Positions 1 through 9,932 are shown, numbered from the stretch's first letter. The stretch is DNA of 38,543 nucleotides from an uncultured Clostridia bacterium (GCA_947623765.1 CANQIG010000001.1:1-38543), one strand, 5' to 3'. A program made the numbers and translations. The notes: generated by a model not told the origin, from the letters alone.

Positions 1-2
1 GC

Positions 3-1799
3 GTGCGGTATATTCGCGTCACCGACAACGGCTGCGGCATTGATGCGGAGGACGTGGAGACGGCGTTCCTGCGCCATGCCACAAGCAAAGTCCGCACAGA
101 ACGCGATCTCGAATCCATCGGCACGCTCGGTTTTCGCGGGGAGGCGCTCGCCTCGATCGTCGCCGTGTCCCATGTGGATCTCATCACGCGCACCGCAAGC
201 AGCGAGATCGGCGCACACTACGCGGCTTCCGGCGAGGAACCCGGGACCCTAGAGGAAGCGGGATGCCCGGCCGGGACCACGATCACGGTCCGCGATATTT
301 TTTATAACGTCCCCGCGAGGATGAAATTCCTGAAAAAGGACGTCGCGGAGGGCAACGCCGTCGCGGGGTTGATGGATAAGATCGCACTCTCCCACCCGGA
401 GATCTCGTTCCGCCTGATCCGGGACGGGAGAGAAACGCTGCACACGCCAGGAGACGGCAGGCTGGTCTCCGCAGTGTACGCCGTATTTGGCAGAGAGTTT
501 TCCCAAAATCTGGTCGAAGTGGACACCACGGTCGGCGGGATCCGCGTACACGGCTGTATTTCGACGCCGACCGGAAGCCGCCCGAATCGGAGTATGCAGA
601 ACTTCTTCATCAACGGGCGCTTTGTGCGCAGCAGAACGATGATGGTGGCGCTCGAGGAGGGCTACAAGGGTACGATCATGACGGGGGAATTCCCGGCGTG
701 CGTGCTGCATCTGGAAATGCCCGCCTCGGCGGTGGACGTCAATGTGCATCCGACAAAGCTGGAGGTCCGCTTTATCAACGAGCGCCCGATTTTTGACGCG
801 GTGTTCAACGCTGTTCGTTCCGCGGTCACACAGAACCGGGACACCAAAGCGTTGGAGCAGCTTTCGGCGCGCCGCCCCGTTTTCGATCCGCGAAGGGCGG
901 AGGAACCGAAGCGCGCCGAACAGGTAGTGCTGACTGGAAGACCCGCACAGAGCGGACAGGTTTCGCAGAGCGAGCCGCCAAGGAGGACCTTCCTTTCCGA
1001 CAGCGCGCCGGAATCTCACGGTCCGACGCGGGAGTTTTCGATTCCCAAAGCCATCGACCGGCTGCTGGATCTGCCCGTTACGCCGGAAAAAGAGCCGGAG
1101 GAGCCGAACCGCCCGGAAGAAAAGGTCGTCTCCGCTTCAATCGGGACGGATGCTCCTGATTTGCTGCCCGATCCGCAACCCGAACCGGCAACGCGGGAAA
1201 CTTCTCCCATTGGGGAAAAACTTGGGCTCGCCGCGCACCGGATCATCGGAGAAGCGTTTGACACCTATATCATCGTGCAGTATGACGCGGATACGCTCAT
1301 GTTCATCGACAAGCACGCGGCGCATGAGAGATTGTTGTATGAAAGGCTGAAGGCACAGGAGTCCGATGTGTTTGCACAGACGCTCCTTGAGCCCGTTACC
1401 GTGCTTTTGGAGAAGAACGAATACTCCGCCGTCCTCGCGAATCTGGATGCTTTTTCCAAATCCGGATTTGACGTGGAGGATTTCGGCGACGGGACGGTGC
1501 TGGTCCGCACCGCGCCGCTGCGGCTTGAAGGGCAGGAGGTCTCCGACGCGGTTTTGGAGATGGCGGGATACCTCGCGGATCACAAAACCGACCTCACGAC
1601 CGAACACATGGACTGGCTCTTCCACAACATCGCCTGCCGCGCCGCGGTAAAGGGCGGGAATGCGTCCAAGCGGGAGGAACTGATCGCGCTCGCGGAGCAT
1701 TTGGAGGAAAACCCGGAGATCCGGTACTGCCCGCACGGCAGACCGATCTATGTGATGCTGAAAAAGCGCACGCTGGAAAAGGAATTCGGGCGCGTCTGA
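3..1799 (+). CDS. mutL: DNA mismatch repair endonuclease MutL (5'-truncated by window edge)
   Basis: GHKL ATPase motifs DNGCGI, RHATSK, TLGFRGEAL; DVNVHPTK; C-terminal DKHAAHER, ACRAAVK and CPHGRP endonuclease motifs. True start lies upstream of the window. Confidence 0.97.
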   Translation: MRYIRVTDNGCGIDAEDVETAFLRHATSKVRTERDLESIGTLGFRGEALASIVAVSHVDLITRTASSEIGAHYAASGEEPGTLEEAGCPAGTTITVRDIFYNVPARMKFLKKDVAEGNAVAGLMDKIALSHPEISFRLIRDGRETLHTPGDGRLVSAVYAVFGREFSQNLVEVDTTVGGIRVHGCISTPTGSRPNRSMQNFFINGRFVRSRTMMVALEEGYKGTIMTGEFPACVLHLEMPASAVDVNVHPTKLEVRFINERPIFDAVFNAVRSAVTQNRDTKALEQLSARRPVFDPRRAEEPKRAEQVVLTGRPAQSGQVSQSEPPRRTFLSDSAPESHGPTREFSIPKAIDRLLDLPVTPEKEPEEPNRPEEKVVSASIGTDAPDLLPDPQPEPATRETSPIGEKLGLAAHRIIGEAFDTYIIVQYDADTLMFIDKHAAHERLLYERLKAQESDVFAQTLLEPVTVLLEKNEYSAVLANLDAFSKSGFDVEDFGDGTVLVRTAPLRLEGQEVSDAVLEMAGYLADHKTDLTTEHMDWLFHNIACRAAVKGGNASKREELIALAEHLEENPEIRYCPHGRPIYVMLKKRTLEKEFGRV

Positions 1800-2758
1800 T
1801 GGAGAAGATCAAGGTATTTGCGGTGCTTGGACCGACCGCGGCGGGAAAGACCGCGCTCGCGGCGCGGCTTGCCCGCGCGATGCACGGAGAGGTCGTCTCC
1901 TGCGACTCGATGCAGATCTACCGTGGAATGGAGATCGGAACGGCGAAGCCTTCCGAGGAAGAAATGCTCGGCGTGCCGCATCATTTGATCGGCTGCGAGG
2001 AGCCCACGGAAACGTTCAGCGTGATGGATTACGTGACGCTGGCCCGTGCAAAAATAGTTGAGATCAGCGAGCGGGGAAACCGCGTTTTTCTTGCCGGAGG
2101 GACCGGACACTATGCGCGGGCGCTGCTGCGGGGAATGCCGTTTTCGGAACACGGCAGCAGCGAGGAGGTCCGCAGAACACTTTGGGAAACATTCGAGCGG
2201 GAGGGCATCGGTCCGCTCTATGAGGAACTCCGGCAGAGAGACCTGAGGGCGGCGGAAGCGATCCACCCGAACAACACGAAGCGGGTCCTGCGGGCGCTGG
2301 AATATTGCAGACTGACGGGAGAGCCGTTTTCCGCACAGGCGGAGCGTTCTCGGCTCGAAGAACCTCCCTACGATGCGAAGATCCTGATCCTTGGGTATCG
2401 GGACAGGGAAGTTTTATACCGCAGGATCGACCGGCGCGTCGACGAAATGGTAGAACGCGGGCTCGTACAAGAAGCGGAAACGTTCTGGACGTCGTTTTGC
2501 GGCGGGTCCGGGACGGCGGCGCAGGCCATCGGGTATAAAGAGCTGTTCCCTTATTTCTCCGGCAGTATTTCGCTGTCGGAGGCGGTGGATCGGATCAAGC
2601 TCTCGACGCGGCACTTTGCGAAACGGCAGCTCACCTGGTTTCGGCGCGAGCCGGAAGCCGAGTGGCTCTATGCGGATGATTTTGAAACGGAAAACGCGCT
2701 GACCGAAGCGGCCCTTCGGCTGGCAAAGGCGCACTTTGAGGGAGGGAGCTGCCCATGA
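1799..2758 (+). CDS. miaA: tRNA dimethylallyltransferase
   Basis: GPTAAGKT P-loop, DSMQIY, GTAKP, IHPNN, QAIGYKE, AKRQLTWF; follows mutL with a 1-nt overlap. Confidence 0.97.
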   Translation: MEKIKVFAVLGPTAAGKTALAARLARAMHGEVVSCDSMQIYRGMEIGTAKPSEEEMLGVPHHLIGCEEPTETFSVMDYVTLARAKIVEISERGNRVFLAGGTGHYARALLRGMPFSEHGSSEEVRRTLWETFEREGIGPLYEELRQRDLRAAEAIHPNNTKRVLRALEYCRLTGEPFSAQAERSRLEEPPYDAKILILGYRDREVLYRRIDRRVDEMVERGLVQEAETFWTSFCGGSGTAAQAIGYKELFPYFSGSISLSEAVDRIKLSTRHFAKRQLTWFRREPEAEWLYADDFETENALTEAALRLAKAHFEGGSCP

Positions 2759-4062
2759 TGAATAATCCCTTGATCCGGCGGATCGGCGCCACGGCGGTGG
2801 CGATCCTGCTGCTCATCTATGTCGGGTATCAGGTCTACCGCTCCCAATATACCGGGCTTCGGACGGAACCCGCGATGTTTTCCACACTTTCCGATTCGAT
2901 CTCCACAACGGGATACGTCCTGCGAAACGAACAGGTGATCCGTTCCAATCTTAAAGGTGTGCTGAATTACACCGTCGACGACGGGGAGAAGGTCGCGAAG
3001 AACGGCACCGTCGCCGAGATGTTTGCGACGGAGGAAGGCGCCGCAGCGAAAAACCGGATCGCGCGGATCGACGAAGAACTCAGCCAACTCGAGCAGCTCA
3101 GCAGTCCCGGGGATTTTTCCGCTTCCAACCCGCAGCTGCTCGGCACACAGATCAGCAAAAACATTGTCGGGCTTTTGGACGATCTGCGCGGCGGCTTGTT
3201 TTCCTCCCTCACGGACGACAAGACGAACCTGCAGCTTCTGCTCAGTCAGAAGCAGATCATCATCGGCGCGGAGAGCGGGGGAGACTTCGGCGAATACGTG
3301 GCTTCGCTCGAAGCGGAGCGCGACAGTTTGGAATCTCTGAACACGGTGCGCACCGGCGTGATCCGTTCCCCGGCGGGCGGATACTTCATCCACAGCGTGG
3401 ACGGATTGGAATCGTCCTTGGACGAGGAGGAGATCCTCTCGCTTTCCGTTTCCGATGTGGAGTCCCTGCTGGCTCGGGAACCGGCGCCGGTCTCGGAGAA
3501 TGTCATCGGGAAAGTCTCCCGGGATTTTAACTGGTACATCGCTTGTGTCCTCACGGAGGACGACTTGGTCCGCCTCGGGCAGATCCGCGACGTGACCGTC
3601 GAGATGCCGTTCGCCTCCGCGACGCAGATCCCCGCGACGATCATACAGATCAACGAAGACGCGGCGACGGGAAGCGCTTCCGCCATTCTCAGCTGCTCCT
3701 ATATGGGCGCGGATCTTGCATCGGCGAGAAAAGAGCCGCTGCAGATCAATCTCTCCAGCTATTCCGGCGTGCTGGTCAACGAGCGCGCGATCCACTTTGC
3801 GGATTACACCGCGCACGAGACGGATGAGAACGGCAACGAGATCGAGACGGTTTATCACAATGTGCAGGGCGTGTATGTGCGGAGCGGCAGCCGAATTCGA
3901 TTTGTCCAGGTATTTACCGACGCGACCATCAACGGATACGCCGTCTGCAAGGTGAGCCTCTCGGAAGACGAGCGGGCGGAGCTCGTCACGAGCCGGACGA
4001 TCCAGCTCTATGACGAGGTCGTTGTGGAGGGAACGGACCTGCACGACGGAAAAATGTTGTGA
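2755..4062 (+). CDS. HlyD-like membrane-fusion/adaptor-fold protein of unknown function
   Basis: Single N-terminal TM helix, split lipoyl-like half motifs (GVLNYTVDDGEKVAKNG ... IRSPAGGYF) flanking a coiled-coil region, C-terminal IQLYDEVV; GAGGGAGG RBS. Confidence 0.7.
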   Translation: MMNNPLIRRIGATAVAILLLIYVGYQVYRSQYTGLRTEPAMFSTLSDSISTTGYVLRNEQVIRSNLKGVLNYTVDDGEKVAKNGTVAEMFATEEGAAAKNRIARIDEELSQLEQLSSPGDFSASNPQLLGTQISKNIVGLLDDLRGGLFSSLTDDKTNLQLLLSQKQIIIGAESGGDFGEYVASLEAERDSLESLNTVRTGVIRSPAGGYFIHSVDGLESSLDEEEILSLSVSDVESLLAREPAPVSENVIGKVSRDFNWYIACVLTEDDLVRLGQIRDVTVEMPFASATQIPATIIQINEDAATGSASAILSCSYMGADLASARKEPLQINLSSYSGVLVNERAIHFADYTAHETDENGNEIETVYHNVQGVYVRSGSRIRFVQVFTDATINGYAVCKVSLSEDERAELVTSRTIQLYDEVVVEGTDLHDGKML

Positions 4063-4082
4063 TATCTGAGGAATATTTACCC

Positions 4083-4108
4083 AAAATATGCCGTTTCGGC
4101 GTATTTTT
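4083..4108 (+). terminator. Probable intrinsic terminator after the HlyD-like gene
   Basis: AAAATATGCCG-TTT-CGGCGTATTTTT hairpin about 20 nt after the stop codon. Confidence 0.6.
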
Positions 4109-4141
4109 GCAATTATTTTTCTCAAAAAATCGATTCTTTTA

Positions 4142-4170
4142 TTGACATTCGTGCGAAAAAATTAGATAAT
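4142..4170 (+). promoter_or_regulatory. SigA-type promoter for the sepF-ylmH-divIVA-ileS operon
   Basis: TTGACA (4142-4147), 17-bp spacer, GATAAT (4165-4170), AT-rich upstream tract. Confidence 0.75.
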
Positions 4171-4298
4171 GATAGATAGGGTTTTCTGTAAACAGAAAAT
4201 TGAAGGCGGCTTCCGTGTCTTTTGGATCAGGCAACACGGAAGGCTCGCCGAGGGCAAGATCGGGTTTACGTATGTAAATCAGCTTGGAGGTTACTGAA

Positions 4299-4757
4299 AT
4301 GGCTGGGAATCTTTTGGAAAAACTGCAGAGACTCTGGAATCCTCCGGATGACGAGTACGATGAGTATTACGAAGAAGATCCAGGTCCTGAATCGGAAGAA
4401 GCGCCCTATGAACCGGAAACACCGGCCGCATCGCGGCGCAGCGTGTCCTCGAACCGGGTCGTGAACTTCAACGCCAGAACCCAGGTCCGCATGGCGGCGT
4501 TCCGGCCGATGTCCTTTGGCGAAGATACCCGGACGATCGCCGAAGCGATCAATGAGAAGCAGACCGTCATTCTGAATCTCGAAAACACCGAGCGCGAAGA
4601 ACTTCGGCGGATTCTCGACTTTCTGAGCGGCGTCGCCTATGCAAACCACGGCGGCATCAAGCGTGTTTCCACCGGGACGTACATCATCACGCCTGAAAAC
4701 GTGAACCTGAGCGGCGAAGAAGTGGTGGATGAGCTCGAAAACGCCGTGTACTACTAA
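4299..4757 (+). CDS. sepF: Cell division protein SepF
   Basis: Amphipathic N-terminus, acidic linker, VILNLE...RRILDFLSGVAYANHG...YIITP core; GGAGG RBS before ATG 4299. Confidence 0.93.
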   Translation: MAGNLLEKLQRLWNPPDDEYDEYYEEDPGPESEEAPYEPETPAASRRSVSSNRVVNFNARTQVRMAAFRPMSFGEDTRTIAEAINEKQTVILNLENTEREELRRILDFLSGVAYANHGGIKRVSTGTYIITPENVNLSGEEVVDELENAVYY

Positions 4758-4760
4758 ACG

Positions 4761-5495
4761 GTGGCGGACGAGCTGTTTGACGCCCGTATCCGGGACTGTC
4801 TGCGCCTCGGCGAAAAGCGGCCCGCATTTATGGGATTTCTGGACCTTGCGGAACGCGCCCGCGCGGAAGATCTTCTGCGCGCGCAGCCTGTTCCGAACTG
4901 CCGCTTTTTCGGGGGATTCCCGGAAGCGGAACGGACGGTCTTCGGGGTATTCCCGGAGTATCTGGACGCGGACGAGGAGCCTTTTCCAGTTTCCGCTTTG
5001 ACGGTCACTTTCCGGAAGCAGGACATTCTTCGGCACGGAGACTTCCTCGGCGCTTTCCTCGCGGCGGGCGTAGTGCGCGCCTCGATCGGGGACATCCTCA
5101 CCGAGGAGGGGCGTGCGGTCCTTTTCGCGCGCACGGAGATCCTGGATGCACTGCTGCCGATCCAGAAGGTGGGACGCGTCGGCGTGAAGGTGGAATCCGG
5201 TTTTTCCGATCCGCTGCCGCCCGCGCACAGGTTCCAGTCTTTGGGCGGCGTCATTGCGTCGCCGCGGCTGGACTGCTTCGTTTCCTTTTTCGCATCAGTC
5301 AGCCGGGAGAAGGCGTCCTCGATGGTCGCAGCGGGCTTGGTCTCCGTAAACCACCGGGAAACGTTTTCCGGTTCCCGTCCGCTCTCGGAGGGGGACGTGG
5401 TTTCCATCCGCCATGTGGGACGTTTTATTGTGGATACATTCGGTCATAAAACGAAAAAAGGCCGTTTGTCTATAGAATGCAGAAAATTCATTTAG
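4761..5495 (+). CDS. ylmH: YlmH/Sll1252-family S4-domain RNA-binding protein
   Basis: FGGFPEAER, RHGDFLGA, IGDI, SPRLD and C-terminal S4 domain (GDVVSIRHVGR, TKKGR); lies between sepF and divIVA. Confidence 0.9.
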   Translation: MADELFDARIRDCLRLGEKRPAFMGFLDLAERARAEDLLRAQPVPNCRFFGGFPEAERTVFGVFPEYLDADEEPFPVSALTVTFRKQDILRHGDFLGAFLAAGVVRASIGDILTEEGRAVLFARTEILDALLPIQKVGRVGVKVESGFSDPLPPAHRFQSLGGVIASPRLDCFVSFFASVSREKASSMVAAGLVSVNHRETFSGSRPLSEGDVVSIRHVGRFIVDTFGHKTKKGRLSIECRKFI

Positions 5496-5506
5496 GAGGG
5501 TTTATC

Positions 5507-6487
5507 ATGTTGACAATTCAGGATATCAATGAGGTCAGCTTCCGAAAAGCCACCTTTTCCGGTTATAATTCGGACGACGTTGACCAGTTTATCGACGAAG
5601 TCCTGGAAACAGTCACAGAGCTGACACGCGAATTGGACCAAGCAAAAGCAAACGCTTCCTCCAATACCGGCGCGGCTCCCGCTCCGGCGCCCGCCCCCAG
5701 AAAAGTGCCGGTCAGTGACTCCGAACTCGCGAGAAAGAACGCGGAGCTTCAGGAAAAGATTGCGGTCCTCGCGGAGCAGGTGGAAAACTACCGCCAGGAA
5801 GAGGATTCGATCAAGGACGCGATCCTGAGCGCGAAGCGCCTCGGCAGCGCGTCGATCCGCGAAGCGAAGGCGAAGGCCAGCGCGACCATCACGGAGGCCA
5901 ACGAGAAGGCGGAAGCCATCGTCTCCGACGCGCGCGCCAAATCGCAGGCGGTCGTCGATTCGTACAACACGCAGATCCGGCAGAAAGAGCAGGAGCTGGA
6001 AAGCCTCAAGCGTTCCGTCACGGAGTTCCGTTCGCAGCTCTATGAGATGTACCGGGATCATCTTGCCGTCATCGAAAAGATGCCGAATTATCCGGATTCG
6101 ACCGTAAACCCTAAGTTTGTTCCGTCTCAGACCGCTCCGGCAGCCCCGGCTGCGGTTCAGGCTGCCGCGCCTGTTGATGAGGCGGAACCGGAAGAAGAAA
6201 CGATCCCGATCCCTGCGGCCGCGCTTCAGGATGAGATCTCGGAAGAGGAACCGGAAGCCGCCCCGGAAGAGGAGGAGATCAAGATCGTCCCTCCTCCGCG
6301 TGAGCCGGAGCCGGTCTCGGAGAAGGACGCGTACATTCAGGAGCAGTTTAGCGGCGTAGGCATCAACCTGAACGCCTACGGCGATATTCCCGAGACGCTG
6401 CAGAAGGAAAAGCAGACGCAGTTCCGCTCCTTTGATTATGGGATCGAGGAAGACGGCAGACACGCGAAATTCAAGAGAAATAAATGA
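5507..6487 (+). CDS. divIVA: DivIVA-domain cell division protein
   Basis: N-terminal [29 protein letters not shown] DivIVA motif, long coiled coil, Pro/Glu-rich tail; AGGAGG RBS. Confidence 0.88.
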   Translation: MLTIQDINEVSFRKATFSGYNSDDVDQFIDEVLETVTELTRELDQAKANASSNTGAAPAPAPAPRKVPVSDSELARKNAELQEKIAVLAEQVENYRQEEDSIKDAILSAKRLGSASIREAKAKASATITEANEKAEAIVSDARAKSQAVVDSYNTQIRQKEQELESLKRSVTEFRSQLYEMYRDHLAVIEKMPNYPDSTVNPKFVPSQTAPAAPAAVQAAAPVDEAEPEEETIPIPAAALQDEISEEEPEAAPEEEEIKIVPPPREPEPVSEKDAYIQEQFSGVGINLNAYGDIPETLQKEKQTQFRSFDYGIEEDGRHAKFKRNK

Positions 6488-6518
6488 GAAGCAAACGAAA
6501 GGCAGGCAAACTTCCAGA

Positions 6519-9323
6519 ATGGACTACAAGAGTACGCTGAATCTCCCGAAAACGGACTTCGCCATGCAGGCGGGGCTTCCGAAACGGGAGCCCGAGATGC
6601 TCAAACAATGGTACGAGGACAAGCTCTACGAGACGATCCTCGAAAAGAATGAGGGACGGCCGCTCTACGTGCTGCATGACGGACCTCCGTATGCGAACGG
6701 GGACATCCATCTCGGGACGGCGATGAACAAGACCCTGAAGGATATTATCGTCCGATATAAGAATATGTCCGGCTTTAAGTCGCCGTATGTCCCTGGATGG
6801 GATACGCACGGTCTCCCGACCGAGCTCAAGGCGCGCAAAGCCGCCGGCGTTTCGTCCTCCGGGGACACGATCTCCGACGTGGAACTGCGGAAGCTCTGCC
6901 GTGCGTTTGCGCTGGAATACCTCGATAAGCAGCGCGAGTCCTTCAAACGGCTCGGCGGCATCGCGGAGTGGGACAACCCCTATATCACGCTCCTGAAGGA
7001 GTTTGAGGCGAAGCAGATCGAGATCTTTGCGGAGATGGCGACAAAGGGATTCATCTATAAAGGCCTGAAGCCGGTCTACTGGTGCCCGTCGTGCGAGACG
7101 GCGCTGGCGGAAGCCGAGATCGAGTACGCCGAGGATCCCTGCGACTCCATCTATGTCAAGTTCCGCGTCACCGACGACAAGGGTCTGCTCACGGCGCAAG
7201 GAGCGGACCTCTCCAAGACCTACTTCGTGATCTGGACGACGACGACATGGACGCTCCCCGCGAACGTCGCGATCTGTGTCGGCCCGAGCTTTGAATACGC
7301 GCTGGTAAAGTGTGGCGACGAATATTACGTCATGGCTTCCGCCCTCGCGCCTGCCGCGATGGAAGCCGCCGGAAAGACGGAGTATGAGATCGTCGCCACG
7401 ATGCAGGGCAGCGACCTCGAATATATGAAGACCGCGCATCCGTTCCTCGACCGGACCTCGCTCGTGATCGTCGGCGACCATGTCACGCTCGAGAGCGGCA
7501 CGGGCTGCGTCCATACCGCGCCGGGACACGGCGTCGAAGACTACGACGTCTGCCACGCGCATTACCCGGAGATCCCCGTGGTCGTCCCGGTGGACAGCCA
7601 GGGCCGCATGACCGAGGAAGCGGGTCCGCTCTTTGCGGGCCTTTCCACGGAAGAGGCAAACGTGGCGATCGCAAAGCATCTCGAGGAAACCGGCGCGCTC
7701 TTTGCGCTGCAAAAGATCATCCACCAGTACCCGCACTGCTGGCGCTGCAAGCATCCGGTGCTGTTCCGCGCCACGGAGCAGTGGTTCGGTTCGATCGATA
7801 CGATCAAAGACGAAGCGCTTGCCGCAATCCGCGACGTCAAATGGATCCCGGGATGGGGCGAAGATCGCATCTCCTCCATGGTGAAGGACCGCAGCGACTG
7901 GTGCATTTCGCGCCAGCGCCGATGGGGCGTGCCGATCCCGATCTTCTACTGCAAGGAATGCGGTGAGCCGCTGATCTCGAAGGAAGCGATGTACGCCGTC
8001 GCTGACCTGTTCCGCAGGGAAGGCTCTGACGTGTGGTACGAGAAGGACGCTTCCGAGATCCTGCCCGAGAAATTCCACTGCGAAAAGTGCGGCTGCCATG
8101 AGTTCACAAAGGAACGCGACATCATGGATGTCTGGTTCGATTCCGGCGTGACCCATGCGGCGGTATGCGACGAGCGCGAAGATCTCCACTGGCCTGCCGA
8201 TCTCTACCTCGAGGGGCACGATCAGTACCGCGGATGGTTCCAGTCCTCGCTGCTCACGGCGGTGGCATGGCGCGGCACCGCGCCGTATAAGGCAGTCGTC
8301 ACGCACGGCTGGACCGTTGACGGACAGGGTCTCAAGATGTCCAAATCCCTCGGGAACGGCATCGACCCGCAGGAGATCATCGATAAATACGGCGCGGATA
8401 TCCTGCGCCTCTGGGTGGCATCGTCGGATTACCACGCCGACGTGCGCATTTCCCCGGAGATCCTAAAGCAGCTCTCTGACGCCTACCGCAAGATCCGCAA
8501 TACCGCCCGGTATATGCTGGGCAACCTGAACGGCTTTGATCCGGACAAAGACGCACTCCCGGTCTCGGATATGCTCTCCATCGACCGCTGGGCGCTCAGC
8601 CGCTTGGACGCGCTGATCGCGAAGGCCATCGAGGGCTATGAGACCTTTGAATTTCATCAGGCGTTCCACGCCATCCACAACTTCTGCGTTGTGGATATGT
8701 CGAACTTCTATCTCGATGTCATCAAGGACCGGCTCTATGTGGAGAAAGCGGACAGCCGCGAGCGCCGCGCCGCGCAGACCGCGATGTTTATCATCCTCGA
8801 CGCCATGACCCGTTTGCTCGCGCCGATCCTCGCGTTTACTTCCGATGAGATCTGGCAGAGTATGCCCCATACGGCGGGGGACGACGCAAGGCACGTCATG
8901 TACAACGATATGCCGAAGACCGTCGCGGAGCGCACCGGCGAGGCTTTTTCCGAGTCGTTCGTTGCAACATGGGACCGCATCCACGAGATCCGCGACGTGG
9001 TGAAAAAGGCGCTGGAGAACGCCCGCGCGGAGAAGCAGATCGGCGCTTCTCTCGAGGCGAGCGTGACGCTCTTCTGCGACGGGGAACTGCACGAGTTCCT
9101 GCACAGCGTAGAGGCGGAGCTCCCCACGGTGTTCATCGTCTCCGGCGTGAAGATCGCCGAAGGCACGGGCGGCACGCTGACCGACGAGGCACTCGGACTT
9201 TCCGTTCTGGTGGAAAAGGCGGAGGGCGAAAAGTGCGCGAGATGCTGGAGCTATTCCAACACCGTTGGCGAAGACCCGAACCACCCCGACCTCTGTGCGC
9301 GCTGCGCGCACGCGCTTTCCTGA
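6519..9323 (+). CDS. ileS: Isoleucine--tRNA ligase (type 1, C-terminal Zn finger)
   Basis: [56 protein letters not shown]. Confidence 0.98.
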   Translation: MDYKSTLNLPKTDFAMQAGLPKREPEMLKQWYEDKLYETILEKNEGRPLYVLHDGPPYANGDIHLGTAMNKTLKDIIVRYKNMSGFKSPYVPGWDTHGLPTELKARKAAGVSSSGDTISDVELRKLCRAFALEYLDKQRESFKRLGGIAEWDNPYITLLKEFEAKQIEIFAEMATKGFIYKGLKPVYWCPSCETALAEAEIEYAEDPCDSIYVKFRVTDDKGLLTAQGADLSKTYFVIWTTTTWTLPANVAICVGPSFEYALVKCGDEYYVMASALAPAAMEAAGKTEYEIVATMQGSDLEYMKTAHPFLDRTSLVIVGDHVTLESGTGCVHTAPGHGVEDYDVCHAHYPEIPVVVPVDSQGRMTEEAGPLFAGLSTEEANVAIAKHLEETGALFALQKIIHQYPHCWRCKHPVLFRATEQWFGSIDTIKDEALAAIRDVKWIPGWGEDRISSMVKDRSDWCISRQRRWGVPIPIFYCKECGEPLISKEAMYAVADLFRREGSDVWYEKDASEILPEKFHCEKCGCHEFTKERDIMDVWFDSGVTHAAVCDEREDLHWPADLYLEGHDQYRGWFQSSLLTAVAWRGTAPYKAVVTHGWTVDGQGLKMSKSLGNGIDPQEIIDKYGADILRLWVASSDYHADVRISPEILKQLSDAYRKIRNTARYMLGNLNGFDPDKDALPVSDMLSIDRWALSRLDALIAKAIEGYETFEFHQAFHAIHNFCVVDMSNFYLDVIKDRLYVEKADSRERRAAQTAMFIILDAMTRLLAPILAFTSDEIWQSMPHTAGDDARHVMYNDMPKTVAERTGEAFSESFVATWDRIHEIRDVVKKALENARAEKQIGASLEASVTLFCDGELHEFLHSVEAELPTVFIVSGVKIAEGTGGTLTDEALGLSVLVEKAEGEKCARCWSYSNTVGEDPNHPDLCARCAHALS

Positions 9324-9339
9324 CCGAATAGAAATCCAG

Positions 9340-9384
9340 AAGGTGCAAGCCGGTACCGGCGGCTTGCACCTTTCCGTGCTTTTT
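9340..9384 (+). terminator. Strong hairpin between ileS and lspA (terminator-like)
   Basis: Perfect 12-bp stem AAGGTGCAAGCC/GGCTTGCACCTT followed by an interrupted T-run (TCCGTGCTTTTT). Confidence 0.55.
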
Positions 9385-9398
9385 GTAAGGAGTTCGCC

Positions 9399-9932
9399 TT
9401 GCCTTTTCTTCTGCTCTTTTTTTCCGCCGTCCTTGCGGCGGTGGATCAGTTCCTGAAAATGCTCGTGGTGACAAACATCAAGCCCGTCGGCTCGATGGAG
9501 ATCATCCCGGGCCTGCTGAACCTTGTCTATCTGGAAAACACGGGGATCTCCTTCGGGCTGTTCCAGGGCGCGCCGTGGGTGTTTCAGATCCTCTCCACCG
9601 TGCTTGCGGTCGCCGTCATCGTGTTTGTCCTGCTCTATAAACACCCCAACCGCGTTTTCCTGCGCATCCTGCGAATCGCCGGGGTCCTTGTGATCGCCGG
9701 TGCGGTTGGAAACGTGATCGACCGCTTTGCATTTGGCCATGTGGTGGACTATATCTCCCTTTCTTTTTTCCCGTTCGTCTTCAACTTCGCGGACATCTGC
9801 GTGGTAGTCGGCGGCATCGTCGGCGCAGCCGCGATGCTGTATCTCTATCGCGTCGAGAAGCGGGAAGAGGAGGCTCGCCAAAACGAAAACGCCTCCGAAA
9901 AGGCAGAGGATCACGACCATGGAGCGGATTGA
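9399..9932 (+). CDS. lspA: Lipoprotein signal peptidase II
   Basis: DQFLK, NTGISFG, GAVGNVIDR, VVDY, FNFAD motifs; TTG start with AAGGAG RBS. Confidence 0.95.
   Translation: MPFLLLFFSAVLAAVDQFLKMLVVTNIKPVGSMEIIPGLLNLVYLENTGISFGLFQGAPWVFQILSTVLAVAVIVFVLLYKHPNRVFLRILRIAGVLVIAGAVGNVIDRFAFGHVVDYISLSFFPFVFNFADICVVVGGIVGAAAMLYLYRVEKREEEARQNENASEKAEDHDHGAD

Noticed and set aside
2668-4125. 485-aa antisense ORF over the HlyD-like gene
   Set aside because: The + strand ORF has the RBS, operon coupling and coherent architecture; this one is its mirror frame
6471-8435. 654-aa antisense ORF within ileS
   Set aside because: In-register shadow of a highly conserved gene; no domain features
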